Below, piece after piece: positions 63,786 through 64,000 of a DNA stretch of 64,000 bases; position 1 is the first letter of the stretch; the number at the start of each line of letters is the position of its first letter. The stretch is from Octopus vulgaris. Lineage: Eukaryota. Made by a program: the position numbers and the translations under genes. The notes under the pieces are model-generated. The model saw only the letters and a program-made list of their open reading frames with translations. It did no database searches and was not told the origin of the DNA. Location of the stretch: the NCBI GenBank assembly GCA_951406725.2, contig OX597814.1, positions 23,374,001 through 23,438,000 of the forward strand, given 5' to 3'.

Positions 63786-64000
63786 TATATGTATGACTCC
63801 AGATTTACATGAAAACTGACTGTTATTTTCGTAAATTGACATTTAAACTTTCCAAATCAGATTCATTCAAAATGCTTTATTTCATTACATTGTTGTGTGC
63901 TAACATTTTAATTCCAAGAATACACTTTTGTAAAAAGACATGCAAAAGTGCATTCTAATTTCTCATAACTGTTTGTTAAAGAAAATTCTGAGCATCTTTT

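Overview
AT-rich, repeat-dense eukaryotic DNA, probably intronic or intergenic. The SINE families and microsatellite content look like a coleoid cephalopod (Octopus); this is an inference, not a database result. No intact protein-coding gene can be supported. Most listed ORFs are translations of (AT)n/(TACA)n/(TAA)n microsatellites or of decayed transposons. The window holds three tRNA-derived SINE families, RTE, R4/Dong-type and CR1/Jockey-group LINE remnants, a Penelope-like element (RT plus an inverted GIY-YIG segment), mariner and maT transposase pseudogenes, and hAT, piggyBac and Tc2/pogo-type MITEs. Two things stand out. (1) A dispersed set of type I hammerhead ribozyme motifs with palindromic stem III, mostly inside fold-back cassettes inserted in (AT)n tracts, including a mirror-image pair (2019-2838) and a tRNA-headed element carrying one. 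(2) A long-range inverted repeat in non-transposon-looking sequence (19931-20094 vs 28845-29008, 106/107 identical core) that brackets candidate small exons and sits next to a G-U-rich plus-strand hairpin. Coordinates were read by eye; ends of degraded repeats are approximate.
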